Positions 1 to 9,020 of a stretch of DNA of 64,000 nt are shown piece by piece. The DNA comes from Caldilineaceae bacterium. Its GTDB lineage: Bacteria; Chloroflexota; Anaerolineae; Caldilineales; Caldilineaceae. Every line of letters starts with the position of its first letter. Position 1 is the first letter of the stretch. The notes under the pieces were generated by a model. It saw only the letters and a list, made by a program, of their open reading frames with translations, did not search any database and was not told where the DNA came from. The translations under genes and the position numbers were made by a program. Location of the stretch: assembly GCA_020634755.1 (NCBI GenBank), contig JACKBC010000035.1, positions 5,146 through 69,145 of the forward strand, given 5' to 3'.

Positions 1-823
1 CTTCCCGCAAGAGCAGCTGGCCATCGCTACGGCGCGCCAGGTGTCCACCTTTGCGGTCAGCCAGGGTGCGGTCCGTCACTTCCATGAGGAATGGCACCTT
101 GTTTTGCGCCATATAGCCCAAAATCTGCAAATCCAGCGTGGCGCCCAGATTGTCTGCATTGCTCACAAAGATGTATTCGTATCCGGCGCCAATAAGCTTT
201 TCCAGCATGCCGCTGGTGACCAGTGCCGAGTACAGATCGCCATGCCCAGGTGGGCACCACTCCTTTTCTGACGAGATTGGCCATGAAGCGGGGGTTAGCG
301 TTTCTTTGTCTACCTTGGGCTCTTTGTGCTGCAAAAAACCAAAAGGCACATCTTGTTTCAAATTAGCGTAGCGGTTGAGTACGGCCTGCGTGGCGGCCTG
401 CGTGTGAAAACTATTCATAAACAGCAGCGGCAGGCGTGCGGCATGTTGTTGCCGTAGATAGAGTGCCTGGCGGACAATAATGTCTAGAAAGCTCAGGCCG
501 TCCTTAACCGGCACCAGCGACTTGGGGCCGTCCATGCCCATGCTGGTGCCCAGACCGCCGTTTAGCTTCAAAATAACGGTATTATTCAGTACGGCTTTCC
601 CCGCCGCGCAATAGGAGGCAAGTTGATCGGCATCGGGGATAGACGTGACTGGACCCGCATCCTGGCTGCGAATATAACCGGTTTCGCCAGCCACCAGCTG
701 CTTGTAATAGTGCTGAAAGTTCTGCACCATTAGTTCCGGAATTTTGGCGGCGCTCATCTTTTCGGTAAAGAGCGACGCACGTTCTCTATGGGTAAGGGTT
801 TGCGGGTCAAGCATTAAAACCAT
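1..823 (-). CDS. UTP--glucose-1-phosphate uridylyltransferase, UDPGP (eukaryote-type UGPase) family; N-terminal ~274 codons, C-terminus runs off the window
   Basis: Not in the ORF track because it is edge-truncated. Own translation of the minus strand from ATG at 823: MVLMLDPQTLTHRERASLFTEKMSAAKIPELMVQNFQHYYKQL...VILKLNGGLGTSMGMDGPKSLVPVKDG...WCPPGHGDLYSALVTSG...IFVSNADNLGATLD. LNGGLGTSMG and PPGHGD are UDPGP-family signatures. Confidence 0.8.
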   Translation of the reverse strand, partial: MVLMLDPQTLTHRERASLFTEKMSAAKIPELMVQNFQHYYKQLVAGETGYIRSQDAGPVTSIPDADQLASYCAAGKAVLNNTVILKLNGGLGTSMGMDGPKSLVPVKDGLSFLDIIVRQALYLRQQHAARLPLLFMNSFHTQAATQAVLNRYANLKQDVPFGFLQHKEPKVDKETLTPASWPISSEKEWCPPGHGDLYSALVTSGMLEKLIGAGYEYIFVSNADNLGATLDLQILGYMAQNKVPFLMEVTDRTLADRKGGHLARRSDGQLLLRE

Positions 824-1080
824 ATTACATCTCCTTGATATCTGTGTATCCGTTTTCATCAATGTGTGCAGGGTTGGGTATACACATTCCTAACATGAAC
901 ATACTACTTTTACACTTTTGCACAGGCTGCAAGCATATCACAAACAAAATCCCTTAAGATATAACAATATGCTAGCAATCTATCCACGCAATGGCATTAA
1001 GTTAGCGAAAAGTGCGTCGCACGGCGTCCGCCATTTTGGTCCTCGCACTCGAGAGCCATACCGTGCGTTGCACTGGAAGC

Positions 1081-1178
1081 GACCTTAACTAAATGACCTT
1101 AACTAAATGACCTTAACTAAATGACCTTAACTAAATGACCTTAACTAAATGACCTTAACTAAATGACCTTAACTAAAT
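1081..1178. repeat. Perfect tandem repeat, 7 x 14 bp (GACCTTAACTAAAT)
   Basis: Counted directly: copies start at 1081, 1095, 1109, 1123, 1137, 1151 and 1165 with no mismatches. Lies in a 640-bp gene-free spacer. Confidence 0.95.
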
Positions 1179-1470
1179 AACATTGTCTATCCACTTACGA
1201 ACTAAAGTTTTTCACGAATGGCGGCTTTATGGATAGCGGCTCTAACGTGAGCATAGTTGACGTTTGTCGAACGACCAGCTGAAGAGTGGTGTTCCCTGTG
1301 CCCGATGGCTCGCAAAGCGTTTGCAAGGCCATAAAGCAGCGGCGGCCCAGTTAACTTTTTGTTTACATTAATCGTAAAGATACAAATGTATTATCGAATC
1401 CGCAAATTCAATCCTGCGCGTAAAATATATCATTTACCTTTCAATTTTTGTAGGTATATTTTGGGTATAT

Positions 1471-2418
1471 CTATTGCGCGAGCCGAGTGAGATCCATAAC
1501 CGGCCCATGAATGCAGGTGCGTGTGTGGGAACCCGAAGGCAGAGAAACGACGCAGGCCAGGCAAGCGCCTACGCCACAGAGTAGATCTGTCTGCATCAGC
1601 ACCTGGGCAAAACCGCTCTCGAGACGAAAACGATGCTTGCGGATCTGATCGGCCAAAGACTGATGCTGGTGGGGAAAAAGAGCGGCGCAAATTTGGTCGG
1701 CCCAAGGAATGGCATTGGATAGTTCCTGCTCAAACTCAGCCGGGTTGACTGATACATGTGCTTCGACCGCAATGGGCAATTGGGGAATTAAGGCAGTAAC
1801 GACATCGGCTGCATCTACCATGTCAGCCGAATCGATGGGGACGTGTGGTGACGGGCTGGCATCTACCAACAGCGTTACATGGCCACCTAAATCCAGCATT
1901 GGCTCAATCAGCGTAAAAAGAGTAGGAATGTGCCAAGCATTGGCCACCAATAGCAGGCGGCGGCTATGGGGGTGCAGCCCAAATCCCTGGCCCAACGGAC
2001 CAATCAGGTTGAGCGCTGCGCCCGGCTGCAGGCTTTGTAGCCACTGAAAAGCAGGGTTTGTCGTCTTCCTTTGGCCAGGGTCAAAGGGAAGATGTAGCGT
2101 CCATAGCTCGGTGGGTGCGCTGGGCGCGCTATCGGCGTGATCCACTGGCGGAGCTATGAGCGTCTGTATACCGGCTACAAAGAGCGGCTGGCGAGTATAA
2201 AAATGCCATTGGTGCAGCCGTTCAAATTCACTCTGCGCACCGCATCGCACCAAAAAGTAACGTCCAGCGGCCAGGTCGGCCATCTGCATGGCGGGCAGTT
2301 GCAGCGTGAGTAACCCATAAGTGGGAAAGTGGCGCACAGGGGTGTGAACAATCCCCGTCAGCGTTTTATCGGCATTGGCGGCAGGTTGAGTTGGTAGTTC
2401 TGGTGAATGGGTCAACAT
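1471..2418 (-). CDS. PyrK-like FAD/NAD(P)-binding oxidoreductase with C-terminal 2Fe-2S site (dihydroorotate dehydrogenase electron-transfer-subunit family)
   Basis: 315-aa ORF with ATG start. GPLGQGF nucleotide-binding motif. C-terminal CGVGACLACVV...C.HGPV cysteine cluster typical of PyrK. No pyrD adjacent. Confidence 0.6.
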   Translation of the reverse strand: MLTHSPELPTQPAANADKTLTGIVHTPVRHFPTYGLLTLQLPAMQMADLAAGRYFLVRCGAQSEFERLHQWHFYTRQPLFVAGIQTLIAPPVDHADSAPSAPTELWTLHLPFDPGQRKTTNPAFQWLQSLQPGAALNLIGPLGQGFGLHPHSRRLLLVANAWHIPTLFTLIEPMLDLGGHVTLLVDASPSPHVPIDSADMVDAADVVTALIPQLPIAVEAHVSVNPAEFEQELSNAIPWADQICAALFPHQHQSLADQIRKHRFRLESGFAQVLMQTDLLCGVGACLACVVSLPSGSHTRTCIHGPVMDLTRLAQ

Positions 2419-2447
2419 AAAGTATAAGCCAATGTAGAGAGTCTACC

Positions 2448-2480
2448 CGATCAACAATACGATCAACAATACGATCAACG
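2448..2480. repeat. Short tandem repeat, 2.75 x 12 bp (CGATCAACAATA)
   Basis: Read directly. Sits in the divergent spacer between the PyrK-like and DUF58 genes. Confidence 0.8.
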
Positions 2481-2658
2481 TTTAATTGGAACCAGAGCTG
2501 ACGTAAGTCTAGCGTAAAAAAATAGCCGGTGATCGCTACGTCTTTGGCAGGCGATTCTCCGGCGCTGCGCAAGTTGTGCGTTCTATGATACAATAGATGC
2601 ATTCTTCCATAGTCTGTCCCAAAGAAGCAAATTGGGCATTTGCACTAATTCCATCCTT

Positions 2659-4377
2659 ATGATTACCAATTTATCGTTGAAGAACCTGTCGTTGAGGCTG
2701 GATGCTTTGTGGAACCGCGGCGTGACCAGTGACGCCCACATTACGCTTACGCTGCGTTGGCCACTGCTCTTTATCCCGCTGGTGCTGATCAACCAGCTTT
2801 TGACGCCCCATCCGGTCTGGGTGGCCATTCTGGTCACGCTGCTGAGCATGTACGCGTTGGCCTGGTTTTGGGTGCATACGCAGGCCGATTGGGTCCGCGT
2901 GGAGCGCCGGCGCGATGAAACGCTGTTGGTGGCTGGCGATCTGCTGCATGAGCGTTTTGTATTGATCAATGACAGCAGCTTGCCCCTGCTGTGGGCTGAG
3001 TTTCGCGATATGTCTGAATTGCCCGGTTATACCTCTAGCCAAGTGGTGGCCAGCAGCGCCCACAGTTCCTACACCTGGCAATCGTCGCTGGAATGCCGTC
3101 GCCGCGGTGTTTATCAACTGGGACCGGCCCAGCTGGTCTGGAGCGACCCATTTGGCTTTTTTACGGTGGAAAAGCAGCTGCCCCAAACGGAAACGATTTT
3201 GATCTATCCACGCGTGGCCCAAATGCCTGAATTTCATCTGCCCCAAAGCGCCACCAACGGCAATCGCCAGCGCCAGCGACCGCTATTGGGCGCCATACGC
3301 TCCACTAGTGTACGCGATTATCGGCCCGGCGACAGCTTGCGTCATGTTCACTGGCGCTCGACCGCCCATCGCAACAGCTTGATGGTGACCGAGCTGGATA
3401 TGGAACCAGGAGGCGAAGTTTGGATTGTATTGGACCTGAATGAGGCGGCTCATTCGACCGCCCAGGAAGTAACGTTAAGTGACGCCGGCGAAACGGATAC
3501 CCTTGAATATAGTATTGTAGTAGCCGCCAGCCTGGCTGCGCAGATTCTGGGGCGGCACGATCGCACGGCCGTGGGGTTGATTGTGGCTTCGCACCCCAGC
3601 CGTATTCAGCCCGGTGCATCGGATGAAACACATTTCCCGGCCTCCATAGATACCATGGTGGATGAGCATAGCAGCTTGGCCAATGGCGCGCCAGTGCAAA
3701 TGGTGGTGGTGGCGCCGCAGATTGGGCAGGCGCAGCTTTGGCGCATTTTGGCGGCGCTGGCGCCGGTGCAGCCCGCACAACTATCGCTGGCGCAGCTTTT
3801 GCGCTCCAATCGAGAACAGCTGGGGCGCGGCCGTAGAGTGGTGTTGATTACACCCCATGTGCTCACCGCGGCGCAGATGCGCAGCGCACCGCAAGTTTCG
3901 TTTACGCACGCGGCGGCGGGCGCAGAAAGGTCGTCAAGTCCGCCTGCGCCACCGGCAGCGGTGAGGCTTGATCCAGATGATGCGCAGGCAGCAGACGATA
4001 ACTGGGTGGCCGAATTGGTGCATGTTGAAAATCAAGTGGCCGGCAATGTCTTTTTGATTGCTGCTGATGAGGAAAATGGAGATGGTGCAGAGCCGGCGGC
4101 GGTGCAACGTACGTCCACGGGGCGGGCGTTGGACCGGCAGCCAGAGACTCAGCGATCGCGTGGCGAGGCCAATGGCCCAGCGTCGGCGTCCGCCGTCCAA
4201 CGAACGCCGCTAGAACAGTTGCAGACGCTGTTGACGCAATTGGAGATCCCCACACATATTTTGCACACGGCTCATCCGCTGCCGTCGCTGCTTACGCATC
4301 GTCGTACGCGCCGCGTGATTCGCACCACGCCGACCGGTGGCGCCATTGCCGTGGAGATCCAAGAAGAGGTTGGGTAG
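2659..4377 (+). CDS. DUF58 domain protein with low-complexity C-terminal half
   Basis: The track ORF 2632..4377 begins with TTG; the first in-frame ATG is 2659. VRDYRPGDSLRHVHWRSTAHRNSLMVTELDME is the DUF58 core motif. N-terminal hydrophobic helices. Confidence 0.8.
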   Translation: MITNLSLKNLSLRLDALWNRGVTSDAHITLTLRWPLLFIPLVLINQLLTPHPVWVAILVTLLSMYALAWFWVHTQADWVRVERRRDETLLVAGDLLHERFVLINDSSLPLLWAEFRDMSELPGYTSSQVVASSAHSSYTWQSSLECRRRGVYQLGPAQLVWSDPFGFFTVEKQLPQTETILIYPRVAQMPEFHLPQSATNGNRQRQRPLLGAIRSTSVRDYRPGDSLRHVHWRSTAHRNSLMVTELDMEPGGEVWIVLDLNEAAHSTAQEVTLSDAGETDTLEYSIVVAASLAAQILGRHDRTAVGLIVASHPSRIQPGASDETHFPASIDTMVDEHSSLANGAPVQMVVVAPQIGQAQLWRILAALAPVQPAQLSLAQLLRSNREQLGRGRRVVLITPHVLTAAQMRSAPQVSFTHAAAGAERSSSPPAPPAAVRLDPDDAQAADDNWVAELVHVENQVAGNVFLIAADEENGDGAEPAAVQRTSTGRALDRQPETQRSRGEANGPASASAVQRTPLEQLQTLLTQLEIPTHILHTAHPLPSLLTHRRTRRVIRTTPTGGAIAVEIQEEVG

Positions 4378-4626
4378 CATATTCCCCCACGGCGCGCCTT
4401 GCCATTACCCGCATCTTCTTTGCCCCGGGGGGAGGCCAGGTGCGTCGCATGGTCTGCGGCCGTTGTGACGGCCCAGACAACGTCTAGACCGTGCGTCGCA
4501 CACGGGTAGACGCAAATGATTCGCGGGGGCAGTGTGCGACGCACAGATCCATTCGCCCCGCTTGTGGGTAATGCGTAGACGGCGCGCAGAGAGCTGCGCG
4601 TGAACGATGAAGTTGGGTAATCAATT

Positions 4627-7083
4627 ATGTATCACAACAATACCTTGCATGAATCGTGGAACGACTCGACTGCTGAGACCCAAGAATCCAACCGGTTTTT
4701 CCGTTTTTGCCGCTGGCTAATCGCCTATTTGCGGCCGGCATTGGGCTGGTGGGTATTGCTGTGTTGCGTCATGTTGGCCTGGTGGCCCGGGGAAACCGCC
4801 CATCAGAACGAATGGCTAGACATTGGGCGCAGGGGTCCCACTGTGGAACCGCTGGGGCCGCTGAGCGTGTTGCTGGTCTGGCTGATTTTGGGCTGGCGAC
4901 GTAACTCGACGCGGGTCGGCTGGCGTTCGCCGCGCGCTGTGGCGCTGTGGCTTTTGTTTTTGGCTGTCGGCGCCATTAGCGTCAGTCAGGCTGTGACGGG
5001 ATGGTTGCCTGGTCCTTGGCGGCTGTTTCAAGCCATGTGGAATGAAAATTGGGCCGGTCTTTTTAACCAAATGCAGCTCGATCTGTCCAGCCTGTTCGTG
5101 CGGCTGTCGCGCTGGCAGCAAGGGGTTTGGGCGGGTGGCGCAATTCAGGATGACGCCATTTTTGTGTTTTTTACCGGCATCATGGTGTGGCTGGTCGGTG
5201 GACTCGTTGCGTGGTTGGCGCGGCGCTATGAGCGCGGGTTTTTAGCGGCGCTGCCCGCCTTGTGGCTGGTGGGCGTGGCTTCCATGTATGGCGCGGTGGG
5301 GCGCACGCCCATTATTATGACGCTGATTTTGGCGACGGCGCTGCACCTGCTGCTGGATCAACACGCGCGCACCTTGCGCTGGCAGCGGACCAGGCTGGAT
5401 TACAATCCCGCCATTTTTGTGGATCAGGCCATCTATGTGCTGGCGGCCAGCGCCTTGATTTTTAGCTTGGCCGGCTTAATGCCCAACCTGATGGTGCGGC
5501 CAGTGGCCGATCGCTATTACCGCTTGTACGCGCCGATCAATACCCAGGTGGAGGCCCTGGGAGAACGACTCTTCCCCGATCTAAAGGCCACGTCCCGCTT
5601 TCGCACCGGCGCGCTGGCCACGGGTCTGCCCAATAACTTTTTGCTGAGCGGCGGTCCGGAATTGAGCCTGACCGAAGTCATGCGCGTGCGCACCGATGAA
5701 CCGATCATTGATTATGATCCCATCGACTTTTACGAGATTCCCGCACCGCCCGGCCATTATATCCGCGGCGGCATTTTGAGCAGCTACGATGGGCTGGGCT
5801 GGCGCAATCCGCTGGGGCTGTCGCGCGTCGAGCGGGCCGGTGATGATACGCTTTATACGACCGAGATATATACATTAACGCTGCAAGCGCAGGCAGAAGA
5901 CCCCATTGGCCAGGACGCCAAAGACAAACTGGCCCTTTTGGGGCGCAAACTGCTCAAGCAGGACATCTTCCTGACCTTTAACAGTCTGGCCGTTTATGCC
6001 GCGCCAGAGCCCGTGCGCCCAGCCGTCGCCTATCGTATCGAAGAGTCCGCCGCGGGCGATCCAGTGGCGCTGTGGGCCAACACCCCCAACCGGCGCGTCA
6101 ATAGCTATTCGATCGTTTCCGCCATCCCAGCCGTGAGTAGCAATATGCTTGCCGCTGAGCCCGTGCTTTCACGCGATGAGTTACCGGCTGGCTATGAACT
6201 TTATCTTGAATTGCCCGATAGTGTCACCCAGCGCACCCGCGATTTGGCCCAGGAGATTACCGCTGACCTGGATTCACCATTTGCCAAAGCGGATGCCATT
6301 GAGACATTTCTGCGCCAATATGAGTACGATTTGTCGGTAGCCAAACCGCCCGATTCGGTGACCGACGTGGCCGACTATTTCCTTTTCGATTTGCAGCGCG
6401 GCTATTGTGACTATTACGCCACGGCGTTTGTTGTGCTGGCCCGCTTGTCCGGCCTGCCCGCCCGGTTTGCTACCGGTTTTGCCCCAGGTTTATGGAATGC
6501 CGCCGAAAACACCTTTGTGATCACCGAAGCCGAGGCTCATTCGTGGCCGGAAGTCTACTTTCCCACGTATGGCTGGATTCCGTTTGAGCCCACTGCCGGC
6601 CGCCCGCTACTGACGCGTACTAGCCTGATCAGTACAAGCTCTGGTAGCGCTTCATTGCCCGTGGCGCCAATAGAGCCGCCAGAGGTGCCTCAGTCGTCCC
6701 GCTTTGTATGGAACTGGCAGATGCTTTTCTGGTTGCTGCCGCTGGCGCTGTTGGCCTGGGGCGGCTATCATCTGCTGGAGCGGTGGCGGATTCAGCGCGA
6801 AGACCCGTGGCAGGGCGTGCTAAATTGGGGTCGCCGCGTGGGCCGCCCCATTGTGGCTGGTGAAACCGTGCTCGAATATGGTACAGGGCTGGCCGATTAT
6901 ACGCGGCAGAAACAGCAATACAAGCACGACATGGGCCGCATGATTGCCCGCGAGGTCGAAGCCATGAGCCAGGACGTGAGCACGGTTCAATATGGCGCCG
7001 AGCATACCCGCGCCGCGGCCTTGCAGCAAGCGTTGGAACGCTGGCACTTGCTGCGTGGGTATTTGCGTCGGTTTCGAATTTGA
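4627..7083 (+). CDS. Transglutaminase-like membrane protein (TgpA-like)
   Basis: 818 aa. Multi-pass hydrophobic N-terminus. Catalytic core GYCDYYATAFVVLARLSGLPARF...EAHSWPEVYFPTYGWIPFEPT (Cys-His-Asp transglutaminase fold). Classic DUF58-transglutaminase gene order. Confidence 0.85.
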   Translation: MYHNNTLHESWNDSTAETQESNRFFRFCRWLIAYLRPALGWWVLLCCVMLAWWPGETAHQNEWLDIGRRGPTVEPLGPLSVLLVWLILGWRRNSTRVGWRSPRAVALWLLFLAVGAISVSQAVTGWLPGPWRLFQAMWNENWAGLFNQMQLDLSSLFVRLSRWQQGVWAGGAIQDDAIFVFFTGIMVWLVGGLVAWLARRYERGFLAALPALWLVGVASMYGAVGRTPIIMTLILATALHLLLDQHARTLRWQRTRLDYNPAIFVDQAIYVLAASALIFSLAGLMPNLMVRPVADRYYRLYAPINTQVEALGERLFPDLKATSRFRTGALATGLPNNFLLSGGPELSLTEVMRVRTDEPIIDYDPIDFYEIPAPPGHYIRGGILSSYDGLGWRNPLGLSRVERAGDDTLYTTEIYTLTLQAQAEDPIGQDAKDKLALLGRKLLKQDIFLTFNSLAVYAAPEPVRPAVAYRIEESAAGDPVALWANTPNRRVNSYSIVSAIPAVSSNMLAAEPVLSRDELPAGYELYLELPDSVTQRTRDLAQEITADLDSPFAKADAIETFLRQYEYDLSVAKPPDSVTDVADYFLFDLQRGYCDYYATAFVVLARLSGLPARFATGFAPGLWNAAENTFVITEAEAHSWPEVYFPTYGWIPFEPTAGRPLLTRTSLISTSSGSASLPVAPIEPPEVPQSSRFVWNWQMLFWLLPLALLAWGGYHLLERWRIQREDPWQGVLNWGRRVGRPIVAGETVLEYGTGLADYTRQKQQYKHDMGRMIAREVEAMSQDVSTVQYGAEHTRAAALQQALERWHLLRGYLRRFRI

Positions 7084-7102
7084 GGCCGCTCCGCCCCGGG
7101 CG

Positions 7103-7130
7103 CCCTCCTCTCCACTTGCGGAGAAGAGGG
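7103..7130. terminator. GC-rich hairpin at convergent gene ends (ccctcctctcc-acttgc-ggagaagaggg)
   Basis: 11-bp stem with 1 mismatch, 20 nt after the transglutaminase stop. A related hairpin occurs at 51103-51134. Confidence 0.45.
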
Positions 7131-7245
7131 TGAACGAATGGACGAGCTTGTTGGTTAGATGAGCAACAATTATCAATAACGAATAGATTGCAATCAATGC
7201 AACAAACTGTACCAACGAGATTTGTAAATCTAACCTGGTCAATCC

Positions 7246-7629
7246 CTATGCCTCTGGCAGTACGGCCGTGCATTCTACAAAGATTTCCGCCGTCCCAATG
7301 TTAGATTGCGCCGTGGTGCGCGCAGGATAGGGCGCTTGGGCAAATTGCAGATACACGTCATTCATCTCGGCAAAATTGCCCATGTCGTTTAGGAAGACCA
7401 CTGTGCGGACAACGTGGCTCCAATCGGTGCCGGCGGCTTCCAGCAGCGTCGTTACATTTTGAAAAACGCGTTCAGCCTTTTGGCGAAATGCGCCTTGAAT
7501 GCGTTCACCCGTGGCCGGGTCAATGGGCCCTTGTGAGGCCAGATAGACCATAGTTCCGCTGGCGACAACGGCTTGCGAATAGGGCCCCTTGGGCGGCGCG
7601 CCCTGGTCCGTATGTATTGATTTGCGCAT
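7246..7629 (-). CDS. RidA/YjgF family reactive-intermediate deaminase
   Basis: 127 aa. PKGPYSQAV..G..VY.SGQ...P.TG and the C-terminal ..R..V.......EIE-like pattern are typical of the family. Confidence 0.9.
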   Translation of the reverse strand: MRKSIHTDQGAPPKGPYSQAVVASGTMVYLASQGPIDPATGERIQGAFRQKAERVFQNVTTLLEAAGTDWSHVVRTVVFLNDMGNFAEMNDVYLQFAQAPYPARTTAQSNIGTAEIFVECTAVLPEA

Positions 7630-7630
7630 G

Positions 7631-7803
7631 GTGTTGGTTCCTGGTTGTTGGTAATTGGTTGTTGGTGGGTGGTTGCTGGTAATTGGTGGATGGTGAATAG
7701 CTGCTGGTAATTGGTTGTTGGTAGGTAGTTGTTGGTGAATAGTTTAGTAATTGGTGGATGGTGAATAGCTGCTGGTAATTGGTTGTTTGCAATTGGTAGA
7801 TGA
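7631..7803. repeat. Array of degenerate heptamer words ending in TGG (TAATTGG, TTGTTGG, TTGCTGG, TGGATGG...); contains a perfect 39-bp direct repeat (7681-7719 and 7749-7787)
   Basis: Read directly. The plus strand is almost C-free. Starts 2 nt upstream of the RidA start codon. Confidence 0.9.
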
Positions 7804-7892
7804 TGGGGCCGCTGCAAGCGCGGCGCACGGCCATGTAGTCTTGGTCTTAGACCCAAATTTATGGATTCTGTGCAACGCACCCTACGCGCCAC

Positions 7893-8024
7893 CCCTCCAC
7901 TCCTCCACTCCCTACTCCTCCACTCCTTACTCCTCCACTCCTCTACTCCTTACACCTCCACTCCTCCACTCCTCTACTCCTCCACTCCTTACTCCTCCAC
8001 TCCTCTACTCCTCCACTATCCCTC
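7893..8024. repeat. Array of ~16 words CCTCCACT / CCTCTACT / CCTTACT / CCCTACT (plus strand G-free)
   Basis: Read directly. Overlaps the last 6 codons and the TAG stop of CDS 8005..8922. Confidence 0.9.
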
Positions 8025-8922
8025 CGAGCACATCAAAATTGGCAATCTTCTCATACACCTTTACCGCCGCGGCGTCGTCAAGCTTGCCCCAGCCAGAGGC
8101 CGATGCCATCATAAAAAGTTGGTGGGCGGCGGCAGCCAAGGGCAACGGCAGCCGGTTCTCTTTGCCTGTTTCGAGCACCAGCCCCAGGTCTTTCACCCAA
8201 ATATCGACCGCACTCATAGGCGTGTAGTCATCGGCCAAGATGTGCGGCACTCGGTTTTGGAACATCCATGAATTGCCGGCGCTGACGCTGATCACGTCGA
8301 AGATGCGCTGCGCATCGATACCGGCGCGCGCGCCAAACGCAATGGCCTCGGCAGACACGGCCAGGTTGACGCCGGCCAGCACTTGGTTGACCAGCTTCAT
8401 AGTTGAGCCCAATCCGCACGCATCACCCATTAGAAAGACGTTGGCCGACATAGCGTCCAGCACCGGCTGCACGCGTTCAATCAGCGCGGGCTGGCCTGAA
8501 AGCATAATGCTCAGTTCACCCGCCGCCGCTCGGATCGGCCCGCCGCTAATGGGTGAATCCAGCATGAACAGCCCGGCCTCTTCCAGGCGGGCGGCCGTCT
8601 CTTTGGCATATTGAGGGCTCACCGTGCTGCACAGCATGACAATGGCGCCGGGCGGCAATGTCGCGGCCGCTGCACCGGCGCCAAAAAGCACCTCATCGGC
8701 CTGCTGGGCGTTCACCACCATGAGGATATACACATTAGCTCCTTGGGCCGCGGCCGCCGCCGTGGAAACGCCGATCCCACCTGCTGCGTTGAACTTTTCC
8801 AGCGCCTCGGCGCGTACATCAAACCCGCGCACGGGAAACCCAGCTTTTACCAACGATACTGCTGAACCCATGCCCATAGAGCCAAGGCCCACAAAACCGA
8901 CCTTGAGGCTGTTGTTCGTCAT
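8005..8922 (-). CDS. NAD(P)-dependent beta-hydroxyacid dehydrogenase (3-hydroxyisobutyrate / tartronate-semialdehyde / L-threonate dehydrogenase family)
   Basis: 305 aa. N-terminal VGFVGLGSMGMGSA Rossmann motif. Family-typical GDACGLGSTMKLVNQ segment. Confidence 0.85.
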   Translation of the reverse strand: MTNNSLKVGFVGLGSMGMGSAVSLVKAGFPVRGFDVRAEALEKFNAAGGIGVSTAAAAAQGANVYILMVVNAQQADEVLFGAGAAAATLPPGAIVMLCSTVSPQYAKETAARLEEAGLFMLDSPISGGPIRAAAGELSIMLSGQPALIERVQPVLDAMSANVFLMGDACGLGSTMKLVNQVLAGVNLAVSAEAIAFGARAGIDAQRIFDVISVSAGNSWMFQNRVPHILADDYTPMSAVDIWVKDLGLVLETGKENRLPLPLAAAAHQLFMMASASGWGKLDDAAAVKVYEKIANFDVLGGIVEE

Positions 8923-8949
8923 TGGAAATCCTTTCTTATTGGCGGGCAG

Positions 8950-9008
8950 GGATTAGGAAGTAGGAATTAGGTTTGTCACAACGCCTTACTCCCTACTCCT
9001 TACTCCCT
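8950..9008. repeat. Imperfect word-repeat hairpin (gggattaggaagtaggaattagg ... ccttactccctactccttactccc)
   Basis: G-word arm and C-word arm of the same family as 7893-8024. Lies between two co-directional minus-strand CDS. Confidence 0.55.
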
Positions 9009-9020
9009 TGTCCCTTATCC

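Noticed and set aside
2659-7083. DUF58-transglutaminase pair as an unusual system because the usual MoxR ATPase gene is missing upstream.
   Set aside because: The pair itself is a common arrangement and moxR may lie elsewhere. The absence within one window is not informative.
7452-8227. ORFs translating repeat arrays: 7452..7892, 7520..7834, 7787..8227, 7861..8271, 11210..11605, 51936..52496 and 52330..52779.
   Set aside because: Their periodic peptides (LLHSSTP, QLPATN, WWLVVGS, YQPLTTS) are simply the 7-8 nt word arrays read in frame. They lack credible starts and overlap real genes.
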